Shown here: positions 7,983 to 18,145 of the stretch, piece after piece
How positions within the stretch are numbered: the first letter of the stretch is position 1
Layout of the letters: each line of letters starts with the position of its first letter
Source: Ignavibacteriota bacterium
GTDB taxonomy: Bacteria > Bacteroidota > Ignavibacteria > UBA10030 > UBA6906
NCBI GenBank assembly: GCA_963748405.1
Contig: CAVVIT010000007.1
Location: 402,703-466,702 of the forward strand
Direction of reading: 5' to 3'
Length of the DNA stretch: 64,000 nt
Translations under genes and position numbers: made by a program
Notes under the pieces: generated by a model
Seen by the model: only the letters and a program-made list of their open reading frames with translations
The model's database searches: none
What the model was told of the DNA's origin: nothing

Positions 7983-8213
7983 ATGAATGACATGGCGGGA
8001 GGCATACACGATTTGCTCCGGTCCAGGCGGGCCGAAGTCGAACGGGTCGCGGAATCCCTCGGCATCGCCGCACAGGCCGTGGATTCGGGGTCGCTGACGG
8101 CGGAACAACTGCACCTGATCGCGACCGGGCTCAGGGACGTGCAGGGAGAGCTGCAGGATCTGAGCGACTCGCTGACATCGCTGGCGGAATCGGGAGAGGA
8201 GGGATCCCGCTGA
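7983..8213 (+). CDS. Small acidic helical hypothetical protein (76 aa)
   Basis: The ORF has high GC3 typical of the host. It lies downstream of the AT-rich promoter island. No recognisable family. Confidence 0.45.
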   Translation: MNDMAGGIHDLLRSRRAEVERVAESLGIAAQAVDSGSLTAEQLHLIATGLRDVQGELQDLSDSLTSLAESGEEGSR

Positions 8214-8234
8214 TCCGGCATCTGTAAGGGGGGG

Positions 8235-10748
8235 CTACCGGGATCCGAAAACGAAGTCCCCCTTCTTTACCCCCCAGTCCAGACCGAAGAACCCCGCCGC
8301 CACGACCCCTCCCTCCCCCTGCGTGAGGAGCGAAGAACGCGCGATGACGACGTCGGGGAACGCCACGCCGGGGAGAAGATACGGCATCCTGTCGGTGAGC
8401 CTCATCCCGGTGATCCCCGTCCCGCCGACCGCACCCACGCAGGCCGCCCTGCTCCCCGCGCGCGGCCGGATAAATACGTACCCGATGTCCTCTCCGTGAA
8501 ACTCGTCCTGCCCCAGCGTGACCCCGTCCGCGTCCGCCTGGAGAGGGCTTGAAGCGAGAAGTGTCTTCCACGCGCTGTTCGTCCGGGAGTTGCCGTAGAG
8601 CACCACGTTCCTCTCGGGTGCCGCGTCAGCCCTGAATTCGGCGTCGCTCGTGACCTCGATGGAACCGTTCCCCTGGTACCAGAACCTCTCGGCGTCGAAC
8701 CGCGATTTGTTGAACGCCCACGCCTGCTCTCCTGCGCTTCCCCCCGTCCCGTAGACGAATATGACGTCGTTCCGGAACAGGTTCTTGAATGAGCCGTACC
8801 GGTTCCTTCCCTTGGAGCCCGCATCCGGTGCGGGGCCCTGCTGCCAGAGACTCCCCGTTCGGTAGAGCCAGATGAGCGAGTCGCTTCCCCGGGCGGTCAC
8901 CCCGGCGAGATTCACGCTGTCGATGTCGATCGAAAGGGGCCCCCGTGCGCCCATCTGCCGCGCGTCGATCGCCATCCGGGCGACGTTCGTCGTCTTCCCC
9001 CGTACCCGGTCGACCCCCGGCTCGAACAGAAGCGATACCCTGCTCAGTGCGAACTGCTCCTGCTGTGCGTCGACGGTGACCCAGTTGTCGCGCGCGGAGA
9101 TGTTCGGCGCGGGAGTGACGAACGCCAGTTCCCGGACCATCCCGGGAAGCGGCCTCGCGTGCCGGGCAAAGAAGTCGAACATCGCCGGCCAGTCCACGCA
9201 ATCCGCCCCCGGCGCGTCCGAGAGGTCCCACCAGTGCCCGACCCCCTGCTGTTCGTGGTAGACGAAGTCGCGGTCGAATGTCGAGAGGTACCGGGCCATC
9301 GCGCGGGACTCTCCCACGCGGACGTTGTCGTCCTCGCTCCCGTGGAGTATGTACATCCCGAAATGGGTGAAATTCTCTCCCATCGTGTATGTCTCGCTCG
9401 GGAGCGTCGCCCGCATGAGCATCCGCCGGACCGCTGAGGGGTGCTCCACGGTCTCGCGGACCCTGTACGTCCAGAAGCTTATCCACCCTGCGCTGGGGCC
9501 GATCGCGGCGAACTGGTCGGGAAAGAGAGATCCGATATGGTAGACGCCGTGTCCCCCCATCGAGTGCCCGGTGAGGTAGACCCTGCTCTCGTCGATCCGG
9601 TAGCGCGACTTGACGAGCGCGAGGACCTCCATCGCATCGTCCCGCCCCCAGTCTTCCCAGTTGAATCCGTACGGCCGGCGGTTCGTCGGGGCGACGATGT
9701 GACCCCAGGATTTCGGCTGGTACGATGCGGCCTGGTTGATCGCTTCCACGGATGCTCCGTGGAGTGAAAAGAAAAGGGCGTTCGTTTCGCCGCGGCCGCT
9801 TGAGGGGGTGATGGCGTAGTACTGAACGCTGCTGTCGATCCCCGAGACGAACGTCTCCTTCCGGGGGTCGCCGGGGCCGACGACGCGGATCGTCACGTGC
9901 GCGGTGTCCCGGAGCGCGGCCGGCCTTCCTCCTCCGAGCGAAAGAAAGAGGGGAACGGTCCCCGGACGCCCCGCGGCTCCGCAATGGATCGCAAACGCCA
10001 CCTTCCTGAGACTGTACGGCTGTATGAGCGGGACGGGAGTCGACCGGGGGGCTTCCCCCGGAATTGTCGATGTAAGGACGAGGGCCCTTGCCGGCGCGGA
10101 TGTGGCGTTGATGATGACGACCGATCCCTTCCCGGTGTAGGAGGTCCCCGTGATGATGTCGGGAAGCGTCGCGTCGCGCGTGTTGATCACGAAGGGACGC
10201 ACCGCGCGGACGAGCCGTGCCTTGAACACTCCGCGGCTGCAGTGGAAGAGCAGCTCGTTGTGTCCCCGGTGCAGGAGGACCGGGAGCATGGAATAGTCGA
10301 ACCGGGTCTCCCACGGTTCGTAGACGTCCTTTTCACCGTACGGGTTCCCGCTCCTGCATTCCCCGTTGACGTACACCATGGAGTTTCCGAATGCTTCAAG
10401 GAACATCGGGGCATCCTCCCCCATCTCGACGTCGGAGAACACGTATGCCCCGTCCAGCGCCGGGTGGTCGTACCACCCGGCCGCGCCCGCCCGTACACGC
10501 TCCCACGTTCCCCGGGCGGTGTCGTTGTACCGGACCTGCTCTCCCTCCTTCGGCGCCCGCCAGGTCCCGCTCACGAACGCCGATTCGATCGGGTCGCGCC
10601 TGGCGATGTTGTCGGGGAATCCGGGGGGGGCCTTGATGATGAGCGCACTCTGTATCCCGATCGTGTCGGGATGCGCGGCCGTGAATGCCGTGCAGGAACC
10701 TGCGGCAACCATGAAGGCGGTCATCAGGCGACCGGCGGGTGTATGCAT
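8235..10748 (-). CDS. Secreted alpha/beta-hydrolase-fold protein (S9 or esterase-like) with extra N- and C-terminal domains
   Basis: The nucleophile elbow LTGHSMGGHG and the downstream HGSEDDNV..GVGHW pattern are present. The likely start is MHTPAGRLMTAFMVAAGSC (signal peptide). The longer 880-aa ORF start is an upstream extension. Confidence 0.6.
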   Translation of the reverse strand: MHTPAGRLMTAFMVAAGSCTAFTAAHPDTIGIQSALIIKAPPGFPDNIARRDPIESAFVSGTWRAPKEGEQVRYNDTARGTWERVRAGAAGWYDHPALDGAYVFSDVEMGEDAPMFLEAFGNSMVYVNGECRSGNPYGEKDVYEPWETRFDYSMLPVLLHRGHNELLFHCSRGVFKARLVRAVRPFVINTRDATLPDIITGTSYTGKGSVVIINATSAPARALVLTSTIPGEAPRSTPVPLIQPYSLRKVAFAIHCGAAGRPGTVPLFLSLGGGRPAALRDTAHVTIRVVGPGDPRKETFVSGIDSSVQYYAITPSSGRGETNALFFSLHGASVEAINQAASYQPKSWGHIVAPTNRRPYGFNWEDWGRDDAMEVLALVKSRYRIDESRVYLTGHSMGGHGVYHIGSLFPDQFAAIGPSAGWISFWTYRVRETVEHPSAVRRMLMRATLPSETYTMGENFTHFGMYILHGSEDDNVRVGESRAMARYLSTFDRDFVYHEQQGVGHWWDLSDAPGADCVDWPAMFDFFARHARPLPGMVRELAFVTPAPNISARDNWVTVDAQQEQFALSRVSLLFEPGVDRVRGKTTNVARMAIDARQMGARGPLSIDIDSVNLAGVTARGSDSLIWLYRTGSLWQQGPAPDAGSKGRNRYGSFKNLFRNDVIFVYGTGGSAGEQAWAFNKSRFDAERFWYQGNGSIEVTSDAEFRADAAPERNVVLYGNSRTNSAWKTLLASSPLQADADGVTLGQDEFHGEDIGYVFIRPRAGSRAACVGAVGGTGITGMRLTDRMPYLLPGVAFPDVVIARSSLLTQGEGGVVAAGFFGLDWGVKKGDFVFGSR

Positions 10749-10870
10749 GCTGTACCTGGCTGGTATGTGTGTGCGGCGTTCCGGGAATTCAATGAAGCGA
10801 CAGATCCTCCTCAAATCAAGAAGAAAAATCCGTATATTGAAATCAGGAATCAACACAGGAGCTTTCCGCA

Positions 10871-11527
10871 ATGACAAAGAATGAAACGCTGGATTATCTG
10901 CTCGCCTCCGGGGTGGTTGCCGTGATACGGATGAAAGACCCGGAGCGTCTGTCGAAAGTCGTCATGGCGATCCGCGACGGGGGGGTGAAGTGCATCGAGA
11001 TCACGATGACGGTCCCGGGCGCGGTGGAGATCATCGCCTCGATGGTGAAATCCGTCCCCCCGGACGTCCTCGTGGGTGCGGGGACCGTGACGGACAAGGG
11101 GACCGCGAACGACGTGATCGCGGCCGGGGCGAAATTCGTCGTCAGCCCGGTCTTCCGTCCGGACGTCGTCGCTGTGACCAAGGCGGCGGGGGCGGTCGCG
11201 ATGCCGGGATGCTTTACGCCGACTGAAATTCTCTCGGCGTGGGAAGCCGGTGCGGACGTCGTCAAGGTATTCCCCGCGACGTCGCTCGGCCCGAAGTACT
11301 TCAAAGACGTCGCCGGTCCGTTTCCGCACATCCGGCTCATGCCCACGGGAGGAGTGACGATCGACAACGTCGGCGAGTGGGTGAAGGCCGGAGCGGTCGC
11401 TGTCGGGATCGGCAGCGACCTGCTCGACAGGAAGGCGATCGATGAGGGACGCTACGAAGTGCTGACCGAAAAGGCCTCACGCATGGTGAGGAACTTCGTG
11501 GACGCGAAACGCTCCCTCGGCCGCTAG
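10871..11527 (+). CDS. eda: KDPG / 4-hydroxy-2-oxoglutarate aldolase (Eda family)
   Basis: 218 aa. Motifs VIRMKDPE..IEITMTVPGA..GAGTV..FVVSP..MPGCFTPTEI..VKVFPA are diagnostic for the Eda family. Confidence 0.85.
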   Translation: MTKNETLDYLLASGVVAVIRMKDPERLSKVVMAIRDGGVKCIEITMTVPGAVEIIASMVKSVPPDVLVGAGTVTDKGTANDVIAAGAKFVVSPVFRPDVVAVTKAAGAVAMPGCFTPTEILSAWEAGADVVKVFPATSLGPKYFKDVAGPFPHIRLMPTGGVTIDNVGEWVKAGAVAVGIGSDLLDRKAIDEGRYEVLTEKASRMVRNFVDAKRSLGR

Positions 11528-11535
11528 GGGAGCGT

Positions 11536-12686
11536 TCACCGGATTTCGAGCTGGTCCTTTCCCGGGAGCTCGGGGAACGGCGCGTGGGGTTCCGTCTGGT
11601 ACCAGAACGCGGTTGTCGCGATGTCGTCCTGCAGCGGCAGGTAGAGTCCCCCCGCGTGCCAGCCGAGCGCCTGGATCGTCACGCGGAGGTCCTTCTCGAA
11701 CCGGATCGGGTCCATGATGTGCCAGCGGTAGAGGCCGAATCGCTGCTGCGTATTGTACAGGCCGTCAGGTTTTGACACAAACGCCAGTCCGGAATACGGC
11801 GTTGTGAACGTCTGGTAGGCGGTCTTGTCCCTGTTCTCGAAGTCGTACGATCCGCAGAAGTAGTCCTCCGTGCCGGTGCCGCAGATTGTGGGGAAATCCG
11901 TGTCGCCGTCGATGTAGAACTTGATTTCCCCCTCCCCCCACCACCCGGTATTGTGGACCCCCCAGGCGATGTATGTCCCGACGTACTGCCCCCATCCCTT
12001 CACGCCGTCGAGTATCGTGACGACGTCCCTGTACTTCAGGGGATTGACCCTGCGGAACTGCGCGTGGAAGTACGCGGCGTCGGCCGGGACCTCGGTGAGC
12101 GTGTAATCGACCTGGTAGTAGACGGTGACGTCCTCGGAGGCGATGTCCTGGAGCGTGATCCGGCAGCTTTTGCGGAACGGCATCTCCCAGTAGCAGTTGA
12201 GCCCGCTGTGGGGGTTCACGCACACCGCGGGGGAGGAGATCTGGCCGTACTCACCCCACCCGCAGGCGAAGAAATCTCCCGCCGGGGCCTCGACCGACGG
12301 CGATTCCTCCCCGTCCCAGTAGATGCGGAGTATCAGGTGCCGCCACGCCCCGGTCGGCGTCATCCAGATGTGCTGTATCGCCCCCGAACCCCTGATGTCG
12401 GCCACCGTGAACGTCTCGCCGGCCTTGATGAGCACGGAGGGAGAGATCTTCCATCCCTGCCCCAGGTCGCGCGCGGCCTTCGCCCCGGTCCCCTCCGTGG
12501 CCATACCGGCCTTCCCCTTCTCCCCGGTGAAATTCTCCGGGCTGATGGACCGGGTTTTGGCCTTCGAGAGACGCGAGAGGTTTCCCATCCCCATCGAGAG
12601 GCCGTTGAACGAGCCCTGCGCCGACGCGTCCTGTATGACGACGGCGGCGAAGAGCAGCATGAGGAGCAATCCGGCGGTCATGGCCA
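11536..12686 (-). CDS. Secreted DUF2961 (GH172-like) protein
   Basis: Signal peptide MAMTAGLLLMLLFAAVVIQDASAQ. Motifs ISPENFTGEKGKAG and CGTGTEDYFCGSYDF recall DUF2961. The 521-aa ORF upstream part overlaps the SBP gene and is rejected. Confidence 0.55.
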
Positions 12687-12740
12687 TGGCGGTTTCCTTG
12701 AGCTGGGAGCGTGTTCGGTGTGAGCGTACACCCGGTGTGT

Positions 12741-13670
12741 TCATTCCTGCAACCACTCTCCTCCCTTGTCGATGTTCTCCTTCGTGTATACCCTCGAGGG
12801 AAGCGTGATTTCCCGGGGGACGGATTTGCCGTTCAGTATCGTGAGCGCCGTCTGGATCGCCTCCCGGCCCCCGGTCGGATACTCGAAACAGGCCGAGAGG
12901 ATTCCCTGCCGGACGTACATCTGTCCTTCCTGCGGGAGCCCGTCGATCCCGACGAACGCCATTCCGTCGGCGCGTCCCGCCGCTTTCGCCGCGAGATATG
13001 CCCCGTGGGCTGCCGGGTCGTTGTGGCCGTAGACCAGGTCGATGTGCGGGAAGCGCGCGAGCGCGGATTCCATCTCCTTCCGCGCGTTCGGCTCGAGCCA
13101 CTTCATGTCGGCCTCGAAGACGACGTCGATATTCGTCCCCCTGATCCCTTCGCGGAACCCCGAGTTCCTGTCCTGCCCCGGGATCGACGTCATCAGCCCC
13201 TTGAGCTCCACGACGTTCCCTTTCCCGCCGAGGAGCTTCGCGATCCAGCGCCCGGCCGCCCTGCCGATCTTTTTGTTGTTCGCCCCGATGAAGCAGGTGA
13301 ATTTGTCGCCGAGGACCGCCCGGTCAAGAACGATCACCGGGATCCCCCTGTCGTATGCGTCGGCGACGGGGCGCGTCAGGGGGGCCGCCTCCTTCGGGGA
13401 GATGATGATGAGGTTCACGCCCGCCCTGACGAATTCCTCCAGGTGCGCCACCTGGCGGAGATTGTCGTTCTGCGCGTCCTTGAATATGACCGTGATCTCC
13501 GGGTGCGCCTCCGCCGCCCTGCGTATGTCGGCGTTCATCTGCACCCGCCACGGTTCCCCCAGGTTGCACTGGCTCATCCCGATCGTCCAGCGGGGACCCT
13601 GCGCGTGCGCGGGAGCCCACGCTCCCCCGAGTGCGAGCGCCGCCAGGACGTACATCCATCGTTTGTTCAT
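12741..13670 (-). CDS. ABC sugar transporter periplasmic binding protein (RbsB/type-I PBP family)
   Basis: 309 aa with a signal peptide. Typical RbsB-like segments are present (IIISPKEAAP, GIPVIVLDRAV, VYGHNDPAA). Confidence 0.8.
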   Translation of the reverse strand: MNKRWMYVLAALALGGAWAPAHAQGPRWTIGMSQCNLGEPWRVQMNADIRRAAEAHPEITVIFKDAQNDNLRQVAHLEEFVRAGVNLIIISPKEAAPLTRPVADAYDRGIPVIVLDRAVLGDKFTCFIGANNKKIGRAAGRWIAKLLGGKGNVVELKGLMTSIPGQDRNSGFREGIRGTNIDVVFEADMKWLEPNARKEMESALARFPHIDLVYGHNDPAAHGAYLAAKAAGRADGMAFVGIDGLPQEGQMYVRQGILSACFEYPTGGREAIQTALTILNGKSVPREITLPSRVYTKENIDKGGEWLQE

Positions 13671-13688
13671 GATTGCTCCCTGGTGAGT

Positions 13689-14690
13689 TCACCGGTTCTT
13701 CTGAAACAGGACCGCCCCCACGATGATCGCCCCGGTCAGCATGAGGCGCGTCTCTTCCCCCACGGCGTTGATGCTCAGGATCTTTTCCAGGTACCCGATG
13801 ATGAGTATGCCGAGCGCCGTGAGCCAGACGGTCCCTTCTCCTCCGCGGAGACTCGTTCCCCCGATCACGACCATCGCGATCGCCGAGAGCTCGTACGTGC
13901 TGCCGGCTTCCGGGTCGCCCTGGAGCTCCTGCGCCGCCTGGCAGATCCCCGCCACGCCGCACAGTATTCCGCTGATGGCATAGGCGAGGACCGTTGTCCC
14001 CCGGACCGGTATCCCGGCGTACCGGGCCGCGTCCTCGTTTCCCCCCAGTGCGTACATGTGCCGCCCCCACCTGACCCGCGAGAGGAACAGCCCGCACGCG
14101 AGAAGCGAGGCCGCAAGGATCAGGGTAACGACGGCAACGTGCCCGCCGGCGATGCGCGCGCCGAGGAAGTCGAACGCGGCGGGAACCTGGACGTACTGGT
14201 ACGAGCCGTCGGGAAGCTGGACCGCGGTGGAGATCTTCTGCCCGCCCGATACCCACTTGGCAAGCCCGCGGGCGAAGACCATCATCGCGAGCGTCGAAAT
14301 GAACGGCTGCATCCGGAACCTCCCTGTGAGGAACCCCGAGACCGATCCGCACGCGAGTCCCGCGCCCAGCGCGGCGGCCGCCGCCAGGAAGGGGTTCCAT
14401 CCCAGGTGCATCGTGAAGAGGGAGAAGAGGACGGCGCTGAGCCCCAGGATGCTCCCGACGGAGAGATCGATCCCGCCGGCGATGATGACGATCGTCATCC
14501 CGCACGCCAGTATGCCGATCACCGACACCTGGCGCAGCATGTCGCGGTGCGTCCCCCACGAGAAGAACGCGCCGTCGGCGTTGAATATGACGCCGAGCGC
14601 GAACACCATCAGGAGCGAGAGGCACGCCCTGGCGGCGGGGGAGCGCGCCGCGCGCTCGAGAAGCGTCACCGGGTTTTTCCGCAGAAGCTG
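13689..14690 (-). CDS. ABC sugar transporter permease (RbsC/AraH family)
   Basis: The TM-rich C-terminal 330 aa contain GGIDLSVGS and the EAA-like loop. The start is uncertain and may be a GTG near 14690. The N-terminal part of the 614-aa ORF is a frame artefact. Confidence 0.75.
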   Translation of the reverse strand, partial: QLLRKNPVTLLERAARSPAARACLSLLMVFALGVIFNADGAFFSWGTHRDMLRQVSVIGILACGMTIVIIAGGIDLSVGSILGLSAVLFSLFTMHLGWNPFLAAAAALGAGLACGSVSGFLTGRFRMQPFISTLAMMVFARGLAKWVSGGQKISTAVQLPDGSYQYVQVPAAFDFLGARIAGGHVAVVTLILAASLLACGLFLSRVRWGRHMYALGGNEDAARYAGIPVRGTTVLAYAISGILCGVAGICQAAQELQGDPEAGSTYELSAIAMVVIGGTSLRGGEGTVWLTALGILIIGYLEKILSINAVGEETRLMLTGAIIVGAVLFQKNR

Positions 14691-16267
14691 ACCTTCAGCC
14701 CGAGTTCCTTCATCGCGGCCCCCTTGACGTACATCGCCTTCCGGGCCGTCGCCCTGTCGGGCGCGTAGACGACGTGGATGTGGTTCGACTTGTGCCGGGC
14801 CATCATCTGGTCGCGGGTGATGCCGTCCAGGACCGCGTGCATGACGGGCCACTGGGGCGTCGTCAGGCGCCACCGCTCTTCGGTCTCCTCGTCCGGGAGC
14901 GCGACCGCCTCGGCGAGTCCCGTGTCGTAATAGAGCGCTCCCCCCGCAACGAAGACCCGGCTCCAGACCACGTGCCCGGGCCTGCTCACCCCCTTGATCG
15001 AGCTCCCGCCGAGCCGGAAGTACATCGGCGGCTGCCGTTCGCCGACGGCTCCGCGGTAGCCCCCCGCCAGGTGCGACGGCGGGACGGCGCCGGAGATCTC
15101 CAGGAGCCAGACGAACCGGTCCGTGCCGTCCAGGTTGAACGTCCTCCCCCAGCGGAGATCGTGAAGCGTGTTTTCCGGGGGGAGTCCGAGCGTCCTCCAG
15201 AGCTTGTACGTGACGAGCGAGTCGAGCCCCGCGCACTCGTCCACTTCGTTGAAATGCGGCACCGCCTCGCCGGCGAAGAGCTCCGCTCCGGATCCTTCGT
15301 CGGTGACAGGGGGACGCTCCACGTTGTTGAGCAATCCTTCGGCCAGGTCCGAAGCGGGGACAAGGTCTTTCAGCCCCTGCTGGTACTGTATGCCGATCGC
15401 ATCGCACCGGAACTCGTGCGCCAGCCTCACCGCGGCAATGTACATCCGGCACTGCTGGACGACCTGCGACTCGGTCAGGTCCGTCTCCTCGTGCCGTCCG
15501 AAGTTGAACCGCATCCCGCGTTCCTTCAGCCATTGAAACACCCCCCGCGCCTCGTTCTCCTTCACGGTGAGCATCTTCGCGTACAGCGTCGACTGGCTCA
15601 GGCGCTCCTTGAAGACGCCGGTCGCGTGGAGAAGCTCGTCAGGGACGATCGCGTTGTACATCCCCATGCATCCTTCGTCGAATATCCCCATGATGGCCTT
15701 CCGTGCGCGGAACGACCGGGCGAATTCCTTCCCCGCCGCCTCCGCCTGCGCCGGGACGCGGGCGGCGTTATACGGGGTCACGTGCGACGTGTCGTGCGTG
15801 ATCCTGCCGGTCTTCATCCACTGCTTCAGTGCCGACGTCGCGAAGGCGTCCGTGAACTCCTCGCTCCAGAGCGTGCTGTACGGGACGCCGGCTTTGGTCA
15901 GGCAGCCGTTCAGGTTCAGCATCCCCACGAGCCCGGGCCACGTCCCGCTCCAGTTGGCGACGGTCAGTATCGGGCCCCGGTGCGTGAGGAGGCCGGCCAG
16001 GACGTGATGGCTGTACTGCCAGACCGCCTCGGCGACGACAAGCGGGGCGCGCGGCGGTATCCCGCGGAAAACCTCCATGCCGTAATGCTGGCTGTCGATG
16101 AACCCGTGCTGCTTTGCCGGGTCGAACGGGTGCGCGCGTTTGACGGAGCCGCCGAGGGCTTCGATCGCCCGCGCCAGTTGCTGTTCCATTGCCGTCTGCG
16201 CGGCCTCGCAGTTGCGATTTGCCGAAAGACGGAGGTCGCCGCTGGCGACGAGGTAGATGGGTTGCAT
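14666..16267 (-). CDS. L-fucose/L-arabinose isomerase-like protein. Tentative.
   Basis: 534 aa from MQPIYLVASGDLR. The size and general pattern fit the FucI/AraA superfamily. This is weak recognition by eye. Confidence 0.4.
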   Translation of the reverse strand: MQPIYLVASGDLRLSANRNCEAAQTAMEQQLARAIEALGGSVKRAHPFDPAKQHGFIDSQHYGMEVFRGIPPRAPLVVAEAVWQYSHHVLAGLLTHRGPILTVANWSGTWPGLVGMLNLNGCLTKAGVPYSTLWSEEFTDAFATSALKQWMKTGRITHDTSHVTPYNAARVPAQAEAAGKEFARSFRARKAIMGIFDEGCMGMYNAIVPDELLHATGVFKERLSQSTLYAKMLTVKENEARGVFQWLKERGMRFNFGRHEETDLTESQVVQQCRMYIAAVRLAHEFRCDAIGIQYQQGLKDLVPASDLAEGLLNNVERPPVTDEGSGAELFAGEAVPHFNEVDECAGLDSLVTYKLWRTLGLPPENTLHDLRWGRTFNLDGTDRFVWLLEISGAVPPSHLAGGYRGAVGERQPPMYFRLGGSSIKGVSRPGHVVWSRVFVAGGALYYDTGLAEAVALPDEETEERWRLTTPQWPVMHAVLDGITRDQMMARHKSNHIHVVYAPDRATARKAMYVKGAAMKELGLKVSFCGKTR

Positions 16268-16317
16268 GGCGTTCCTCGCTTGATGTGACGTGAATGTCTG
16301 CAAATGCCGGTGGACAA

Positions 16318-17058
16318 TCAAGAACCGCGCGGGGTGCCCCCGGGGAACTCCCCGGTGATCTTCGCGCGGATGAGTCTGCCGAACGATGCCGCGTCCGCCT
16401 CCGGCTCCCGCGGAGGGGGGACCGGGGGGAGGACGCGCACGCGCATCTCCTGGTTCCCCCGCAGGATGAAACCCCGCTTCGGCAGCGCCGAGGCCGTCCC
16501 TTCGATGGCGATCGGGAGGACCGGCCTCCGGTGCCGGAGGGCGAGCTCGAACGCCCCCGGTTTGAACTCCCCGCAGGTTCCCGTAAGAGAACGCGTCCCT
16601 TCGGGGAAGATCATCACGGAGCTGCCGGCGTCGAGCGCCGCGCCGGCGCCGCGCATCATGGAGAGATTTCCCCTGGCGCTTCCCCGCTCGATGCGTATGT
16701 ACCTGTTGAGCGTCATGTTCCAGCCGACGAACGGGATCCGGAAATTCTCGGCCTTCGAGACCCACTTGAAATGCGCGAAGAGCCGGAACAGCACCAGGAT
16801 GTCCACGAGCGACTGGTGGTTCGAGACCATGACGTACGTTTCGCGGGGATCGATGAGCTCTTTCCCCTCGATCCGGACGCTCCAGAAGGGGTTGCACCAC
16901 GTATACAGCGACGCCCAGAAGCATGAAAACCGGTGCAGGAGCTTCAGCCGCCCGTCGAACGGCGCCGTGGCAATCCGGATGAGCAGCGCCGCGGGATAGA
17001 AAAGAACGGACGTGACAAGCATGAAAGCCCAGAACAGGAGAGACCCGGCGATTGCCAT
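16318..17058 (-). CDS. 1-acyl-sn-glycerol-3-phosphate acyltransferase (PlsC / LPLAT family)
   Basis: N-terminal TM segment. The HX4D motif VSNHQSLVD and the FPEGTRS motif are present. Confidence 0.75.
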   Translation of the reverse strand: MAIAGSLLFWAFMLVTSVLFYPAALLIRIATAPFDGRLKLLHRFSCFWASLYTWCNPFWSVRIEGKELIDPRETYVMVSNHQSLVDILVLFRLFAHFKWVSKAENFRIPFVGWNMTLNRYIRIERGSARGNLSMMRGAGAALDAGSSVMIFPEGTRSLTGTCGEFKPGAFELALRHRRPVLPIAIEGTASALPKRGFILRGNQEMRVRVLPPVPPPREPEADAASFGRLIRAKITGEFPGGTPRGS

Positions 17059-17112
17059 GGGGACGGCCTCACGCCGGCAGGGGAGAGGGGCGGCGCCGTG
17101 CATTCGGACGGT

Positions 17113-18117
17113 TCACGTGAGAACCCCCGCGTTCCGTGCAACATCGAGAATCTCCGGCCCCGTCGCCGTGCCTGTCTCCTTCAGCTTCCGCACGGTCACG
17201 GAGGCGGCGTAGCACCCCAGCGCGGCCGCCTCGGCGAGCGTTCCCCCCGAGGCGAGCGCCGCAGCGATGGCCGCGACCGTCGCGTCTCCCGCCCCGACGG
17301 TATCGACCGGTCCCCCGCTCACGAGCGCCGGTATGTCGGTGAAATCCTTTCCGTCGTACAGGAGTATTCCCTCGGCGCCCCGCGTCACGAACACCGGCTT
17401 CCCGCTCCGGACGGCGATCGAGCGGGCGTGGGAACGGACGTCCCCCTCCGGGTGCGAAGGGGCCTCCCCGGCGCCGATGCGCGCCGCTTCCCGGGCATTG
17501 AGCTTCACGGTCATCCCCGTGAACGAAGCGCTCATCGTCCGCGCGTCGACGATGAACGGGACGCCGGGATGCTCCCGGGCGCAGTCGTTGAGCGCGCGGA
17601 TCATTGCCTCCGTGTGGATCCCCCGGGCGAGCTGCTGGTTGACGACGACCGCGTCGAGCGCCGGGAGCGCAGACCGGATCAGGCGGGTGAGCGCGGCTTC
17701 CGAGTGCATCGCATTCCACCTGCCGAAGTCGATCCGTTCCTGCTCCGTGTCCCCCAGGTGGGGCTTCGCATACACCGGCGTATCCCAGAGGGCGTCCTGG
17801 ACGAGAAGCCCCGATGTGTCGATTCCCCTCCCGGAGAGTATCGACGCCATCTCGCGTCCGAAGAGATCGTTCCCGACGACGCTGAATGCGCGGACGTGTC
17901 CCGTTCCGAGCGCCGCAATGTTCGCGGCGACATTTCCCGCTCCGCCGGGGGCATACCGCTGGGAGCGGACCCCGTGCGTCGGCTTCCCTGTTTCGAGCGA
18001 AAGCTCCCTCTCCCCGTCGTCGATCTCCCAGTACGCGTCAAGGCAGAAATCGCCGACGACGCCGATCGCGGCGCCGCCGATCCTGCCGAGAATCTCTTTG
18101 AGCCTGACCGATGTCAT
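17113..18117 (-). CDS. PfkB-family carbohydrate kinase (RfaE/HldE domain-I-like)
   Basis: 334 aa. IGVVGDFCLDAYW, GGAGNVAANIAALG and the C-terminal GAGDA motif fit the ribokinase fold. Confidence 0.7.
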   Translation of the reverse strand: MTSVRLKEILGRIGGAAIGVVGDFCLDAYWEIDDGERELSLETGKPTHGVRSQRYAPGGAGNVAANIAALGTGHVRAFSVVGNDLFGREMASILSGRGIDTSGLLVQDALWDTPVYAKPHLGDTEQERIDFGRWNAMHSEAALTRLIRSALPALDAVVVNQQLARGIHTEAMIRALNDCAREHPGVPFIVDARTMSASFTGMTVKLNAREAARIGAGEAPSHPEGDVRSHARSIAVRSGKPVFVTRGAEGILLYDGKDFTDIPALVSGGPVDTVGAGDATVAAIAAALASGGTLAEAAALGCYAASVTVRKLKETGTATGPEILDVARNAGVLT

Positions 18118-18145
18118 CGGGGTTCCCGGTGAGAGGGGATGTCGT

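Noticed and set aside
8626-10314. 562-aa minus-strand ORF and several 100-300-aa ORFs across 8.2-10.9 kb
   Set aside because: They are alternative frames of the alpha/beta-hydrolase gene (8235..10748). They give Arg/Gly/Pro-rich nonsense and have no motifs.
11536-13101. Full 521-aa extent of the DUF2961 ORF
   Set aside because: The N-terminal roughly 137 codons overlap the well-supported RbsB-like gene (12741..13670) in another frame and encode low-complexity sequence. The start was moved to the MAM...signal peptide at about 12686.
13689-15533. Full 614-aa extent of the permease ORF and the 752-aa extent of the isomerase-like ORF (14666..16924)
   Set aside because: The upstream halves are Arg/Gly-rich extensions that overlap neighbouring genes. 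Starts were trimmed to the first plausible initiation sites (about 14690 and 16267).
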